Part shown: positions 29,764-41,230 of the stretch, one piece after another
Layout: each line of letters starts with the position of its first letter
How positions within the stretch are numbered: position 1 is the first letter of the stretch
Source: an uncultured Clostridium sp.
GTDB taxonomy: Bacteria; Bacillota; Clostridia; TANB77; CAG-508
NCBI GenBank assembly: GCA_958438515.1
Contig: CAUBRZ010000001.1
Span: forward strand, 15,450-79,449
DNA: 64,000 nt
Reading direction: 5' to 3'
Notes under the pieces: generated by a model
Database searches by the model: none
Told to the model about the DNA's origin: nothing
What the model saw: only the letters and a program-made list of their open reading frames with translations
Translations under genes and position numbers: made by a program

Positions 29764-32638
29764 GATAAAAATATATGATATAGCAAAAAAGCTAAACTTA
29801 ACCAGTAAAGAAATATTAGAAGTAGCAAATAAGCTTAAGATTGATGCAAAAAGTCATTTGAGTGGCATAGAAGAGCATGAGGCAAAAGCAATTGAAGACG
29901 AAATTATGAAAAGAAAAACAAAAAATGAAATAAAAAAACAAGGAAAAGGAACTGAAAATAAAGGAAAAATGGAAACAAAAAAAGAAGAAAAAGCACCTGT
30001 TATTATTAGAAGAGAAGTAATTATATCACAAGAAGAGAAGACAAAAAAGAAAGAAATTGTAAAAAATGAAGAAAATAAAGGAAAAGTGGGTTTTGTAGAA
30101 AGAAAACAAAATAAAGATTATAACATTGTTTATAGAAACAAACCAAACAAACCGATGACTGTTAGTGAGTTATTTGGTTTAAAAAACAATGATCAAGATA
30201 AAAAAGAAACCAATGATGTTGTTGAAGAAAAAAATATCATCGAAGAACCTAAAAAAGAGGAAAATTCAAAAGTTGCTACAAAACAAAATGAAACATCTGT
30301 AAATGTTAATAAAAATTTAAAACAAGATAACCAAAAAAGGGTAAAAGAAAATAGACCAATAAGTGAAGAAAGTAGAAATAATAGAGTAAACAGAGATAAT
30401 AAAGACAATCGTGACAACAGACAAAATAGAAATAATTATAATAACAAAAATAATAAATTTAATAATAATAGCAACAATTATTCTAACAACAATAATAATA
30501 GATTTAATAACAGAAACAACAATGATAGATTCGGAAAAAGACCTTTAGATGAAAAAGGAATTGAAAAAAATATAAAAAATATCATGTCAATTGAAACTGT
30601 GGAAAAAGAAAATGTTAGAGAATATAATAGAGGGATTGACAAGCAAAAAAATAATAAATTTGATGAAAATAAAACTAAGAAATCAAAATCTAGAAAAAAT
30701 AATGGTACAAGAGATTTTGATGAAGGAAAGTTAAAAAGCTTAAAGCAAGCAAATAAATTATCTAATATGTTTGATGAGCAAGATGGAGGAATGCTAGATT
30801 ATTATGATTTAACAACAGAACGTGGAAGAAGAGGCAAGAGAAGAAAAAATCAAAATCAAGAAGAAAGAACAAAACAGAAAATATTTAAATTAACAGAAAT
30901 TGAAATTCCTGAAAATATAACTGTAAAAGATTTAGCTGTTGATATGAAAAAAACAACAGCAGAGGTAATAAAAAAATTACTTGGATATGGAATTATGGCT
31001 ACAATAAATCAAGAAATAGATTTTGACACAGCATATTTAATTGCTCAAGAGTTTGGAATTACAGCAAAGAAAAAAGAAACTGTAACAGAAGAAGATATTT
31101 TATTTGATGATTCAGAAGATAAAGAAGAAGAATTAGTTACAAGACCACCAGTAATTGTAGTTATGGGACATGTAGATCACGGTAAAACATCACTTCTAGA
31201 TGCAGTTAGAAAAACAAATGTTATCGAAGGAGAAGCTGGAGGTATTACACAAGCAATAGGTGCTTATAAAGTAAAAGTGAAAGATAGAGAAATAACTTTC
31301 TTAGATACACCAGGACATGAAGCATTTACAGCAATGAGAGCAAGAGGTGCTCAAATTACAGATATAGCAATACTTGTAGTTGCTGCTAATGATGGTGTAA
31401 AACCACAAACAATAGAAGCAATTAATCATGCAAAGTCAGCAGGAATTCCAATTATTGTAGCTATTAACAAAATAGATTTGCCAGATGCCAATATTGAAAA
31501 AGTAAAACAAGAATTAATGACATATGAATTAGTTCCAGAAGAATGGGGAGGAGATACAATATATGTACCAATCTCAGCTAAAAAGGGAGAAAATATTGAT
31601 CAATTATTGGAAATGGTTCTATTAGAAGCTGATGTGTTAGAATTAAAAGCAAATCCACATAAACAAGCAAAAGGTGCAGTAATTGAAGCAAGACTAGATA
31701 AAGCAAAAGGAGCTATTGCAACAATGCTTGTACAAAGAGGAACATTAGATATTGGAGATACAATTGTAGTAGGTTCATCAATAGGAAGAATAAGAGCAAT
31801 GAAGGATGATAAAGGAAAAAGTGTTAAAGCTGCAGGACCATCAACACCAGTAGAAATAATGGGATTAACAGAAGTTCCAGAAGCAGGAGATACTTTCTAT
31901 GAAGTTAAAAATGAAAAAATGGCAAAACATTTAATTGAAAGAAGAAAACGCCAAGCAAGAGAAAAAGCAATAAATAATACTACAAAAATAACTTTAGATA
32001 ATCTATTTAGCCAAATGGAACAAGGGAACTTAAAAGTTCTAAATCTAATTGTAAAAGCAGATGTTCAAGGTTCTGTAGAGGCAGTAAAACAAGCACTAGA
32101 AAAACTAGAAAATGAAGAAGTAAGAGTAAAAGTAATTCATAGTGCAGTAGGAGCTGTTAATCAATCTGATGTAACACTTGCAAAAGTATCTAACGCAATT
32201 ATTATAGCATTTAACGTAAGACCAGATGTTATGGCAAAAGAAATGGCTAAAAAAGAAGAAGTAGAAATAAAACAATATTCTATTATTTATCAGGCAATAG
32301 AAGATGTAGAAGCAGCAATGAAAGGAATGCTAGATCCTAAATATGAAGAAAAAGTTATAGGAAATGTAGAAGTAAGACAAATATTTAAAATTTCTAATGT
32401 TGGAACAATTGCAGGAGCTTATGTTATCTCAGGAAAAGTAGAAAGAAATGCAGGAGTAAGAGTTATTCGTGAAAATGTTGTAATTCATGATGGGCATTTA
32501 GCTACATTAAAAAGATTTAAAGACGAAGTAAAAGAAGTTGGAAAGGGATTTGAATGTGGAATACAAATAGAAAATTATAATGATATTAAAGAAGGGGATA
32601 TCATTGAAGTATATATTATGGAAGAAATAAAAAGATAA
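29741..32638 (+). CDS. infB: Translation initiation factor IF-2 (start codon uncertain: 29741 or TTG at 29756)
   Basis: GTPase [26 protein letters not shown], conserved C-terminal domains. The N-terminal region is Lys/Asn-rich low complexity. Confidence 0.95.
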   Translation: MGVKLLGKIKIYDIAKKLNLTSKEILEVANKLKIDAKSHLSGIEEHEAKAIEDEIMKRKTKNEIKKQGKGTENKGKMETKKEEKAPVIIRREVIISQEEKTKKKEIVKNEENKGKVGFVERKQNKDYNIVYRNKPNKPMTVSELFGLKNNDQDKKETNDVVEEKNIIEEPKKEENSKVATKQNETSVNVNKNLKQDNQKRVKENRPISEESRNNRVNRDNKDNRDNRQNRNNYNNKNNKFNNNSNNYSNNNNNRFNNRNNNDRFGKRPLDEKGIEKNIKNIMSIETVEKENVREYNRGIDKQKNNKFDENKTKKSKSRKNNGTRDFDEGKLKSLKQANKLSNMFDEQDGGMLDYYDLTTERGRRGKRRKNQNQEERTKQKIFKLTEIEIPENITVKDLAVDMKKTTAEVIKKLLGYGIMATINQEIDFDTAYLIAQEFGITAKKKETVTEEDILFDDSEDKEEELVTRPPVIVVMGHVDHGKTSLLDAVRKTNVIEGEAGGITQAIGAYKVKVKDREITFLDTPGHEAFTAMRARGAQITDIAILVVAANDGVKPQTIEAINHAKSAGIPIIVAINKIDLPDANIEKVKQELMTYELVPEEWGGDTIYVPISAKKGENIDQLLEMVLLEADVLELKANPHKQAKGAVIEARLDKAKGAIATMLVQRGTLDIGDTIVVGSSIGRIRAMKDDKGKSVKAAGPSTPVEIMGLTEVPEAGDTFYEVKNEKMAKHLIERRKRQAREKAINNTTKITLDNLFSQMEQGNLKVLNLIVKADVQGSVEAVKQALEKLENEEVRVKVIHSAVGAVNQSDVTLAKVSNAIIIAFNVRPDVMAKEMAKKEEVEIKQYSIIYQAIEDVEAAMKGMLDPKYEEKVIGNVEVRQIFKISNVGTIAGAYVISGKVERNAGVRVIRENVVIHDGHLATLKRFKDEVKEVGKGFECGIQIENYNDIKEGDIIEVYIMEEIKR

Positions 32639-32705
32639 TATATTTACAAAAAAGCGCATTATAAAATAAACATTAAAATTCAAGCTTATAAAAGGAGGAA
32701 AGTAT

Positions 32706-33071
32706 ATGCCAGAAAATCAAAATAGACTAGGACGTATAGAAGAAGAATACAAAAAGGAAATTAGTCAAATTATTAGCTACGAACTTAAAAATCCTAATAT
32801 AACAGGAATACTAATCAGTGTAACCAAAGTAAAGGTTACAAATGATTTGAAATATGCTAAAATCTATGTTAGTATTTTAAATTCAAAAGATATAAAACAA
32901 ACATTAGCAGCATTGAAAAAATCTGCTGGTTTCATCAGAAGTGAATTAGCAAGAAGAGTAAATTTGCGTAATACACCAGAACTTATATTTATATTAGACG
33001 ATTCATTAGAATATGGTGCAAAAATAGATTCTATATTAAAAGAAATATTACCCAAAAAAGAGGAAAAATAG
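32706..33071 (+). CDS. rbfA: Ribosome-binding factor A
   Basis: RIEEEYKKEISQII, VKVTNDLKYAKIYVS, LRNTPEL. Confidence 0.9.
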   Translation: MPENQNRLGRIEEEYKKEISQIISYELKNPNITGILISVTKVKVTNDLKYAKIYVSILNSKDIKQTLAALKKSAGFIRSELARRVNLRNTPELIFILDDSLEYGAKIDSILKEILPKKEEK

Positions 33072-33076
33072 AAAGT

Positions 33077-33130
33077 ACAAAAATTCGACAAAATAAGTGA
33101 AATGTTTAAGTCCTGTCCCTAAACATTTCA
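33077..33130 (-). repeat. Bipartite intergenic repeat, copy B (inverted relative to copy A). Its core forms a perfect 11-bp hairpin.
   Basis: tgaaatgttta-agtcctgtccc-taaacatttca (33098..33130). attcgacaaaa at 33083..33093 is the reverse complement of TTTTGTCGAAT. Confidence 0.5.
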
Positions 33131-33144
33131 AGAAAGGAAATTAT

Positions 33145-34098
33145 ATGACTTTAGATAATATATTAGAAGAAGTAAAAAAAGCAGAAAAAATTGTAATTCT
33201 TACACATGAATCACCAGATGGAGATGCTATAGGTAGTAGTTTAGCAGTTAAGTTAATGTTAGATAGTCTTGGTAAAACAGCTGATGTTATTATTCCAGAG
33301 TATTCTAGATTGTTTGATTTTTTACCAGCTATTGATCATGTAAAAAAGGAGTCTGATATTAAAAATTATGATTTAGCAATATCTGTAGATTGTGCAGACT
33401 TGAAAAGATTAGCTAAAAAAGAGTATTTTGAAAATGCTAAAAAAACAGTGGTTATTGACCATCATGGTAGTAATAAAATGTATGGAGATTTAAATTATGT
33501 TAATCCTGTCTCTCCAGCTTGTTGTGAGGTTTTAGCAGGAATGGCTAGTTATTTCCAAGTTGATATAGCAAAAGATATAGGAACTTGTATTATGACTGGA
33601 ATTATAACAGATACTGGAGGATTTAGGCATAGTGGAATTAACCCAGAAACATTTGAATTTACTGCTGAATTGATTCGTAGAGGAGTAAACATTCCGGATA
33701 TTTATAAAAGAACTTTATGTACAAAAACAAGAGCTAATTTCTTACTTACACAGAAAGTAATGGATAGAATGGAAATATTAGAAGATGGAAAAGTTACTTT
33801 TACCTATATTACTGAAGAAGATGAAAAAGAAGTAAATGCTGAACCAGGAGATCATGAAGGATTAGTAGAAATAGGTAGAAATATAGAAGGAGTAGAAGTT
33901 TCTATTTTTATAAGACAAAAAGAAAATGAAAATGCTTATAAAATTTCATTGCGTTCAGGAGATTTAGTTAATGTGTCTGATATATGCTTGATGTTTGGTG
34001 GTGGAGGACATCAAAGAGCAGCTGGTGCTACTATAGAAGGTAATGTCGAACAAGTAAGAAAAAAAGTTTTAAATGAAGTAAGAAAGGCACTTAAATAG
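33145..34098 (+). CDS. nrnA: DHH-family phosphoesterase NrnA (oligoribonuclease/pAp phosphatase)
   Basis: HESPDGDAIGS, DHHG, GIITDTGGF, GGGGHQRAAG. The ATG at 33145 follows GAAAGGAAA. Confidence 0.8.
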   Translation: MTLDNILEEVKKAEKIVILTHESPDGDAIGSSLAVKLMLDSLGKTADVIIPEYSRLFDFLPAIDHVKKESDIKNYDLAISVDCADLKRLAKKEYFENAKKTVVIDHHGSNKMYGDLNYVNPVSPACCEVLAGMASYFQVDIAKDIGTCIMTGIITDTGGFRHSGINPETFEFTAELIRRGVNIPDIYKRTLCTKTRANFLLTQKVMDRMEILEDGKVTFTYITEEDEKEVNAEPGDHEGLVEIGRNIEGVEVSIFIRQKENENAYKISLRSGDLVNVSDICLMFGGGGHQRAAGATIEGNVEQVRKKVLNEVRKALK

Positions 34099-34100
34099 AT

Positions 34101-34964
34101 ATGAATGGAGTAATAATAATAAACAAACATAAAGGATGTACTTCACATGATATTGTTTATCAAGTAAAAAAAATGACTAATCAGAAGGTTGGTCATACAG
34201 GGACTTTAGATCCAATGGCAACAGGAGTGTTGCCATTATTAATTGGTAAAGGAACTCTATGTTCAAAATATTTGATAAATCATGATAAAATTTATGAAGT
34301 GAAATTACAATTAGGTAAAAGAACAGATACCTTAGATGCTGAAGGAAAAGTAGTAGAAGAAAAAATGGTATTAAAATCAATATTAGAAGAACTAAATGTA
34401 AAAAAAGTATTATTAACATTTTTAGGAAAGCAAGAACAATTTCCACCTATATATAGTGCTATTAAAGTGAATGGAAAGAAACTATATGAGTATGCAAGAA
34501 TGGGGAAGACCGTAGAAATAAAGCCAAGACAAATAGAGATATATAAAATAGAATTAAATAATATAGAATTAGAAGAAAAAACAATATGTTTTACAGTAAG
34601 TTGTTCAAAAGGTACTTATATTAGAAGTTTGTGTGAGCAAATTGCAGTGAAATTAGGAACTATTGGTTATATGTGTGATTTAAAAAGATTACAAGTAGGA
34701 GATTTTAATATATCTGATTCAATCACATTGGAAGAATTACAAAATAATCAAGATGATATAAAAGAATATATTATTCCAATAGAAAGATTATTTCAAAATA
34801 ATGGAAGTATAGAACTAACTGATAAAAAGTTACAATTATTTTTAAATGGAGTACAGTTAACAATGGATAAGCAAGATGGAATATATAAAATTTATAATAA
34901 TAATAAATTTATAGGTATAGGTATAATAAAAAATAGTTTATTAAAAAGAGATATAATATTATAA
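34101..34964 (+). CDS. truB: tRNA pseudouridine(55) synthase
   Basis: GHTGTLDPMATGVLP catalytic Asp motif, YSAIKVNGKKLYEYAR, GTYIRSL. Confidence 0.9.
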   Translation: MNGVIIINKHKGCTSHDIVYQVKKMTNQKVGHTGTLDPMATGVLPLLIGKGTLCSKYLINHDKIYEVKLQLGKRTDTLDAEGKVVEEKMVLKSILEELNVKKVLLTFLGKQEQFPPIYSAIKVNGKKLYEYARMGKTVEIKPRQIEIYKIELNNIELEEKTICFTVSCSKGTYIRSLCEQIAVKLGTIGYMCDLKRLQVGDFNISDSITLEELQNNQDDIKEYIIPIERLFQNNGSIELTDKKLQLFLNGVQLTMDKQDGIYKIYNNNKFIGIGIIKNSLLKRDIIL

Positions 34965-35056
34965 AAAATAAATTAATACATATTAAAAGCACATATAAAT
35001 GTTTTTGGAATATTTATAAAATCACTTTCATATGCTTTATAAAAAGTATATGAGGA

Positions 35057-35911
35057 GTGATTTTTTTGTATTATATCCAAGAAATTGACAAGCCTAATTT
35101 TTTATTTAGTTTTTTTAATATAGTAAAGCTAGAAGATGATAAAATTATATTACCAATAGCTAATAACGAAAAAATAACATTAAAAAAAGCTCAAAAGCTA
35201 GCAAAAAATACTAATAAGATATTAAAAAAGGCACATGGTAATCAAGTTGTTGTAAGTAAATTGATAAAAAATCAAGAGGAATATTTAAATTACTTAAATA
35301 GCTATAATATAAGAATAGTACAAGGAAAATGGTTGTTTGAATTATTAGCAAATGATGTATTAGAGTATATTGTGGACAAAAAAAGATTGAAAAAGGAACA
35401 AATTAAAGTATCAATATTAGTAAATGATATGTCTGATATAATGCTAGAAAATATCAAACAAATTATTAGACAATATAAAAGAGTAAATATTGTAACTAAT
35501 CATTTAGAAAGGTTTAAAAAACTAGAAGAACAAGTGTTAGAAGAAGGAATAATGATAACAGTATCAAATAATAAAAAGAAGAGTCTTGCAAAGTCTGAAA
35601 TAATTTTAAATGTAGATTTTCCAACTGAATTAATCAATAAATATAATTTATATGAACAGGCAATTATTGTAAATATTAAGTCAGATGTGGAAATAAATAA
35701 AAAAAGATTTAATGGGATAAATATAAATGATTATGAAATTCAATTTAAAGATTTTGAAGACTTTGATTATGATAAAGATAATTTATATGATAAAAAAGAT
35801 TTATATGAAGTGATGTCTTATAAAAAACAACCATATATTTACATAAGAAGAAAGGTGATTAGTGATAAAGTAAAGATTATCAAATTAGTTGGAAATAGAT
35901 CTGTTTTATAA
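35057..35911 (+). CDS. Hypothetical protein (start uncertain; TTG at 35066 possible)
   Basis: Long ORF with coding-like composition and no motif I recognise. Confidence 0.4.
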   Translation: MIFLYYIQEIDKPNFLFSFFNIVKLEDDKIILPIANNEKITLKKAQKLAKNTNKILKKAHGNQVVVSKLIKNQEEYLNYLNSYNIRIVQGKWLFELLANDVLEYIVDKKRLKKEQIKVSILVNDMSDIMLENIKQIIRQYKRVNIVTNHLERFKKLEEQVLEEGIMITVSNNKKKSLAKSEIILNVDFPTELINKYNLYEQAIIVNIKSDVEINKKRFNGININDYEIQFKDFEDFDYDKDNLYDKKDLYEVMSYKKQPYIYIRRKVISDKVKIIKLVGNRSVL

Positions 35912-36076
35912 TCAACATATATGTATTTGTACGATGGTTACATGCTTTAAAATAAGTACTTATATTTATGACAATACAAATTGTTAAAATTTTATTTAAA
36001 AGCTTTTCTTTTTAAAAAAAATATAATATAATGTATATACTTGAAAGAAAAGTGTAATTGGCAAGGAGGTATCAAA

Positions 36077-38692
36077 ATGCCAAATAATGAAAATAAAAGA
36101 CCAACAAAAAAAAATAATAATAAAAGACCTAGAAACAGTGATTATGATAAAACAAGACCATACAAAGTACAAAATGGTAAGAAAAGACCAACAAACAACG
36201 AACCTAAAAAACAACCAAATAAAAGACCACAAGTAAAAAAGGGTCAGAAAAATAAAAAGAAAAAACAGCATGAAAAACTTAAAATGGTATTGAAAATACT
36301 ACTTATCTTATTCCTATTATTATGTGTTATAGGTGCAGGTGTTATAGCAGGAATGTTTTTTGGATTATTTGGAGATGAATTTGAAATTACAAAAGAAGAA
36401 CTAAAAATAGGAGCTTCTAATTCAGTTGTAGTAGATTCAAATGGAGGAGTAGTAGCTAATTTAAGTGGTGATGAGAAAAGAAAGACTATAACATTAGAAG
36501 ACATGTCAGATTATTTACCAAAAGCATATGTTGCAATAGAAGATGAAAGATTTTATAAACATAGTGGTGTTGACTTTAAAAGAACAGCAGGAGCTATTGC
36601 ACACACAATTTTTGGAAATAGTTCTTATGGTGGAAGTACAATAACACAACAATTAGTAAAAAATATAACTAAAGATGATGAATCATCAGGAATGGCAGGT
36701 ATTTTTAGAAAAATAAAAGAGTGGGCAAAAGCATATCAAGTAGAAAGAATGATATCAAAAGACCAAATATTAGAGTTATATTTGAATATCTTATATGTAG
36801 GAGGAGAAGGAAACCTACATGGTGTAGAGTTAGGAGCAGAATATTATTTTAATAAAAGTGCAAAAGACTTAAGTTTGGCAGAATGTGCATTTTTAGCAGG
36901 AATAAATACTTCACCAACTTACTATAATCCATACAAATTATATTCTGATAGTGATACTGAAGAAAAAAGAGATGAAAGAATTAAATCTAAAATTTTAACA
37001 GTATTATCTAAAATGAAACAATTGGGATACATAGAAAATGAAGATGAATATAATAAAGCAGTAGAAGAGGCAAAAGCTGGATTAAAATTTGAAAAAGCAC
37101 AAATATCTTCTGGTACAACATATTCATATCATACAGATGCAGTTTTAGAGCAAGTAATAAATCAAGTAATGGAAGAAAAAGATATTTCAAGACAATTAGC
37201 AGAAAATTATGTTTATAGTAGTGGTTTAACAATTTATTCAACAGTTGATTCTACTATACAATCAAGATTAGAAGAAGAGTATGCAAAAGACAAATATAGA
37301 AAAACAAGTCCAAGTAAAAAACAAACTTCTCAATCAGGAATGGCAGTAGTTGATTATAAGACTGGAAATGTAGTAGGAGTTGCAGGAGGTTTAGGAGAAA
37401 AGCAAGGTGCAGGATGGAATAGAGCAACACAAATGAAAAAACAAACAGGATCTTCTATAAAACCTATTGCAGATGTAGCACCTGCATTGGAAGAAAAAAT
37501 AATTACAGCAGCAACAGTATATGATGATTCAAAAACGGACTTTGGAGGTGGTTATACACCTAAAAATGATGGAAACAAGTACAGAGGATATATAAATATA
37601 AGACAATTTATTGAAACTTCACAAAATATGCCAGCATTAAAAATCATGAAGGAACTTACACCTAAAAAATCATTAGAATATTTAAGAAAAATGGGTATAA
37701 CATCTTTAGATGATAAGGCAGATGATGTATTGTCTTTAGCAATTGGAGGTATGACAGATGGTATTAGCCCATTAGAAATGGCAGTAGCTTATGGAACAAT
37801 TGCAAATGACGGAGTTTATATAACACCAACATTTTATACAAAAGTGGTAGATAGCAATGGAAATACAGTATTAACTCCAAAACAAGAGCAGACAAGAGCT
37901 ATATCAGAGCAAACAGCATATATTACAAAAAAAATTACACAAGAACCAGTAGATAGTGGTAGTGGAACAGCAACATATTGTAAAATTCAAGGAATGGATG
38001 TAGCTGCAAAAACAGGAACAACAGATCATAGCTATGACAGATGGCTTTGTGGATTTACTCCATATTATTCAGCTGCGACATGGTTTGGATATGATGATAG
38101 TGAAGAAGTAAAAGGATTTAATCAAAATCCAGCAGGGCAGATATGGGATGCTGTTATGACAGATATACATAAGAATTTAGAAAAAGCAACATTCCAAAAA
38201 CCAAGTGGAATTGTAGAACAAACAGTATGCAGAACAACAGGATGCTTAGCTACAACAGGATGTACTGATACATATAAAGAGATATTTTCATCTAACAATT
38301 TACCAGCAAAATGTGAAGGACATGGAACTCAAAAGATATGTAGTGAATCTGGAAAAATTGCAACAGATTATTGTTCACAATATTGTGAAGTAAAAACAAA
38401 TAATTTTGGAGCAGTAGTACCAAAAGAACAATTGAAACTTTGGACACCATTAAATGGAAAAACATCTTCTGGAACAAGAGTAGAAGAAATGTGTAATATT
38501 CATACTAAACCAAAAGAAGAAGAAAAACCAAAAGAACCAGAAAAGCCAAAGGAAAATACAACAAATACAAACAAAGTAAATACAACAACTCCTGATAAAA
38601 ATAATACAATAAAAGAAAATAGAACCGATAATACTGATGGAACTGGGCATGGAAATTCTACAAATACTACTAATACAAATACACAAAGGTAA
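36077..38692 (+). CDS. Class A penicillin-binding protein (glycosyltransferase plus transpeptidase)
   Basis: GT51 motifs EDERFYKHSGVD, GGSTITQQLVKN, RKIKE. Transpeptidase SSIKP, SQN, KTGTT. Basic N-terminal tail, Cys-rich then Thr/Asn-rich C-terminal tail. The ATG at 36077 follows AGGAGG. Confidence 0.9.
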   Translation: MPNNENKRPTKKNNNKRPRNSDYDKTRPYKVQNGKKRPTNNEPKKQPNKRPQVKKGQKNKKKKQHEKLKMVLKILLILFLLLCVIGAGVIAGMFFGLFGDEFEITKEELKIGASNSVVVDSNGGVVANLSGDEKRKTITLEDMSDYLPKAYVAIEDERFYKHSGVDFKRTAGAIAHTIFGNSSYGGSTITQQLVKNITKDDESSGMAGIFRKIKEWAKAYQVERMISKDQILELYLNILYVGGEGNLHGVELGAEYYFNKSAKDLSLAECAFLAGINTSPTYYNPYKLYSDSDTEEKRDERIKSKILTVLSKMKQLGYIENEDEYNKAVEEAKAGLKFEKAQISSGTTYSYHTDAVLEQVINQVMEEKDISRQLAENYVYSSGLTIYSTVDSTIQSRLEEEYAKDKYRKTSPSKKQTSQSGMAVVDYKTGNVVGVAGGLGEKQGAGWNRATQMKKQTGSSIKPIADVAPALEEKIITAATVYDDSKTDFGGGYTPKNDGNKYRGYINIRQFIETSQNMPALKIMKELTPKKSLEYLRKMGITSLDDKADDVLSLAIGGMTDGISPLEMAVAYGTIANDGVYITPTFYTKVVDSNGNTVLTPKQEQTRAISEQTAYITKKITQEPVDSGSGTATYCKIQGMDVAAKTGTTDHSYDRWLCGFTPYYSAATWFGYDDSEEVKGFNQNPAGQIWDAVMTDIHKNLEKATFQKPSGIVEQTVCRTTGCLATTGCTDTYKEIFSSNNLPAKCEGHGTQKICSESGKIATDYCSQYCEVKTNNFGAVVPKEQLKLWTPLNGKTSSGTRVEEMCNIHTKPKEEEKPKEPEKPKENTTNTNKVNTTTPDKNNTIKENRTDNTDGTGHGNSTNTTNTNTQR

Positions 38693-38777
38693 ATATATAT
38701 TATAGAGAAAAATTGCCAAAATGAAAAACGTTTTGGCAATTTTAACAAAAATATAAAAAAGGAGTGACATAAAAAAG

Positions 38778-40175
38778 GTGGATATATATTTTTATAATAC
38801 TTTAAATAGAAAAAAAGAAAAGTTTTATCCGATTGATAATAAAGAAGTGAAAATTTATTCTTGTGGGCCAACAGTTTATAAAGATGCGACAATTGGAAAT
38901 ATGAGAACAAATATATTTCAAGATGTACTAAGAAGAGTACTAGTTTATAATGGATATAAAATAAAACATGTAATGAATATAACAGATGTAGGACATTTAG
39001 TATCTGATGGAGATGAAGGAGAAGACAAAATGTTAAAATCAGCAAGAGAAGAACAAAAAACACCATTAGAAATAGCAAACCATTATACTAAATTATTTTT
39101 TGAAGATTTAAAGTCACTAAATGTCCAAACTCCTGAAATTGTATGTAAAGCAACAGAACATATAAATGAAATGTTAGAATATGTAAAAAAACTTGTAGAA
39201 AATGGATATGCATATGAGACTTCAACTGCTATTTATTTTGACATATCCAAATTAGATAAATATCCTATTTTATCTAATTTGAATATAGAAGAACAAAAGG
39301 CAGGTGCAAGAGTAGAAGTAGATAAAGAAAAGAGAAATCCATATGATTTTGCAGTTTGGATCAAAGCTCCTAAAAACCATTTAATGAAATGGGATAGTCC
39401 TTGGGGACCAAGTTATCCAGGTTGGCATATAGAATGTTCAGCAATGAGCAGAAAATATTTAGGAGAACAATTTGATATACATACAGGGGGAATTGACTTA
39501 ATACCAACACATCATGAAAATGAAATAGCACAAAGTAAAGGATTTTGTGGCAAGATACCAGCAAGATTTTGGATGCATGGAGAATATCTTTTAATTGATG
39601 GTGGTAAAATGTCAAAAAGTTTAGGAAATGTATATTTAGTAGATGATATAAGAAAAAGAGGATATGACCCAATTGTGTATAGATTATTTAGTTATTCATG
39701 TCATTATAGAAATAAACTTAACTTTACCTGGGAAGCAATAGAAGCTACATCAAAATCATTAGAAAGATTAAAAAATGGCTATAAGTTACATATAGAGGGA
39801 AAAGATAAAATAGAGAAAAACATTATTAATATGTATGAAGAAAGATTTCATAAAGCAATTAATGATGACTTAAATATGCCATCAGCAATGGGAATTGTTT
39901 GGGAGGTTATTAGAAATGAAAAGAAATCTCCAGAACTTGCGAAACTTTTATTAAAATTTGATAGTGTATTAGGATTAAAAATAGATGAAGAAATACTTGA
40001 AGAAAAGACAAAAATACCACAAGAAATAATAAATATAGCTGAACAAAGAAAAATTGCAAGAGAGAACAAGGATTGGAATAAATCAGATGAATTAAGAGAG
40101 TTAATTCAAAGTAAGGGATATGAAATAAAAGACAATAAAGATGGATATGAAATTAAATTATTAAATAAAATATAA
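38778..40175 (+). CDS. cysS: Cysteine--tRNA ligase (GTG start)
   Basis: CGPTVYKDATIGNMR, GWHIECSAM, KMSKSLGN. Confidence 0.9.
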   Translation: MDIYFYNTLNRKKEKFYPIDNKEVKIYSCGPTVYKDATIGNMRTNIFQDVLRRVLVYNGYKIKHVMNITDVGHLVSDGDEGEDKMLKSAREEQKTPLEIANHYTKLFFEDLKSLNVQTPEIVCKATEHINEMLEYVKKLVENGYAYETSTAIYFDISKLDKYPILSNLNIEEQKAGARVEVDKEKRNPYDFAVWIKAPKNHLMKWDSPWGPSYPGWHIECSAMSRKYLGEQFDIHTGGIDLIPTHHENEIAQSKGFCGKIPARFWMHGEYLLIDGGKMSKSLGNVYLVDDIRKRGYDPIVYRLFSYSCHYRNKLNFTWEAIEATSKSLERLKNGYKLHIEGKDKIEKNIINMYEERFHKAINDDLNMPSAMGIVWEVIRNEKKSPELAKLLLKFDSVLGLKIDEEILEEKTKIPQEIINIAEQRKIARENKDWNKSDELRELIQSKGYEIKDNKDGYEIKLLNKI

Positions 40176-40196
40176 AATAAAAAGGAGGAACAAAAA

Positions 40197-41198
40197 ATGT
40201 CAGTTTTATTACCAGGAGGAGCAGGATATATAGGAAGTCATACAGCAGTAGAGTTATTGAATGCAGGAAAAGATATTATAATTATTGATAATTTTTCAAA
40301 TAGTAAACCAGAAGTATTAGATAAAATAAGAAAGATTACAGGTAAAGATTTTAAATTCTATGAAATTGATTATTTAGATAGAGAAAAATTAGAAAAAGTA
40401 TTCCAAGAAAATGATATAGAAAGTGTACTAAATTTTGCAGGATATAAAGCAGTAGGAGAATCTATAGAAAAACCATTAGAATACTATCACAACAATATTT
40501 CAGGATGTTTAGTTCTATTACAAACTATGAAAAAATATGGTGTTAAAAAGTTTATTTTTAGCTCATCAGCAACAGTATATGGGGAACCAGAAAAGATACC
40601 ACTTACAGAAGAATGTAAAACAGGTGGAACAACAAATCCATATGGAACTTCTAAATTATTTATAGAACAAATATTAAAAGATACTTATAAGTCAGATTCT
40701 ACTTGGGACATATGCATTTTAAGATATTTTAATCCAGTTGGGGCACATGAAAGTGGTTTAATTGGTGAAGAACCTCAAGGAATACCAAATAATTTAATGC
40801 CATATATAGTAAGAGTAGCTAATGGAACATTAAAAGAATTATCTGTATTTGGAAATGATTATAATACAAAAGATGGAACAGGTGTAAGAGATTATATACA
40901 TGTTGTTGATTTAGCAAAAGGTCATGTTGCAGCACTACAGAAACTAGATAAAGAAGAAAAAGGATTATACATATATAATTTAGGAACAGGAAATGGATAT
41001 AGTGTGTTAGATATGGTAAAAGCATTTGAAAAAGCAACAGGAAAAAAAGTGCCTTATAAAATAGCTCAAAGAAGAGAGGGAGATATTGCTACATGTTATG
41101 CAGATCCATCAAGTGCAAAAGAAGAATTAGGATGGGTTGCAACTAAAACATTAGAAGATATGTGTCTTGATTCATGGAAATATATAATTAGCAAATAA
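40197..41198 (+). CDS. galE: UDP-glucose 4-epimerase
   Basis: GGAGYIGSH, SSSATVYG, YGTSK, LRYFNPVGAH. Confidence 0.9.
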   Translation: MSVLLPGGAGYIGSHTAVELLNAGKDIIIIDNFSNSKPEVLDKIRKITGKDFKFYEIDYLDREKLEKVFQENDIESVLNFAGYKAVGESIEKPLEYYHNNISGCLVLLQTMKKYGVKKFIFSSSATVYGEPEKIPLTEECKTGGTTNPYGTSKLFIEQILKDTYKSDSTWDICILRYFNPVGAHESGLIGEEPQGIPNNLMPYIVRVANGTLKELSVFGNDYNTKDGTGVRDYIHVVDLAKGHVAALQKLDKEEKGLYIYNLGTGNGYSVLDMVKAFEKATGKKVPYKIAQRREGDIATCYADPSSAKEELGWVATKTLEDMCLDSWKYIISK

Positions 41199-41230
41199 AT
41201 AGTCCTAAAAGGAAAGGAAGAAGAATATAA

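Noticed and set aside
30340-30560. Asn-rich stretch in IF-2 ([45 protein letters not shown]), considered as a repeat or inserted element.
   Set aside because: It is in frame, within the normally variable and disordered N-terminal region of IF-2. It is the low-complexity expansion expected in a very AT-rich genome.
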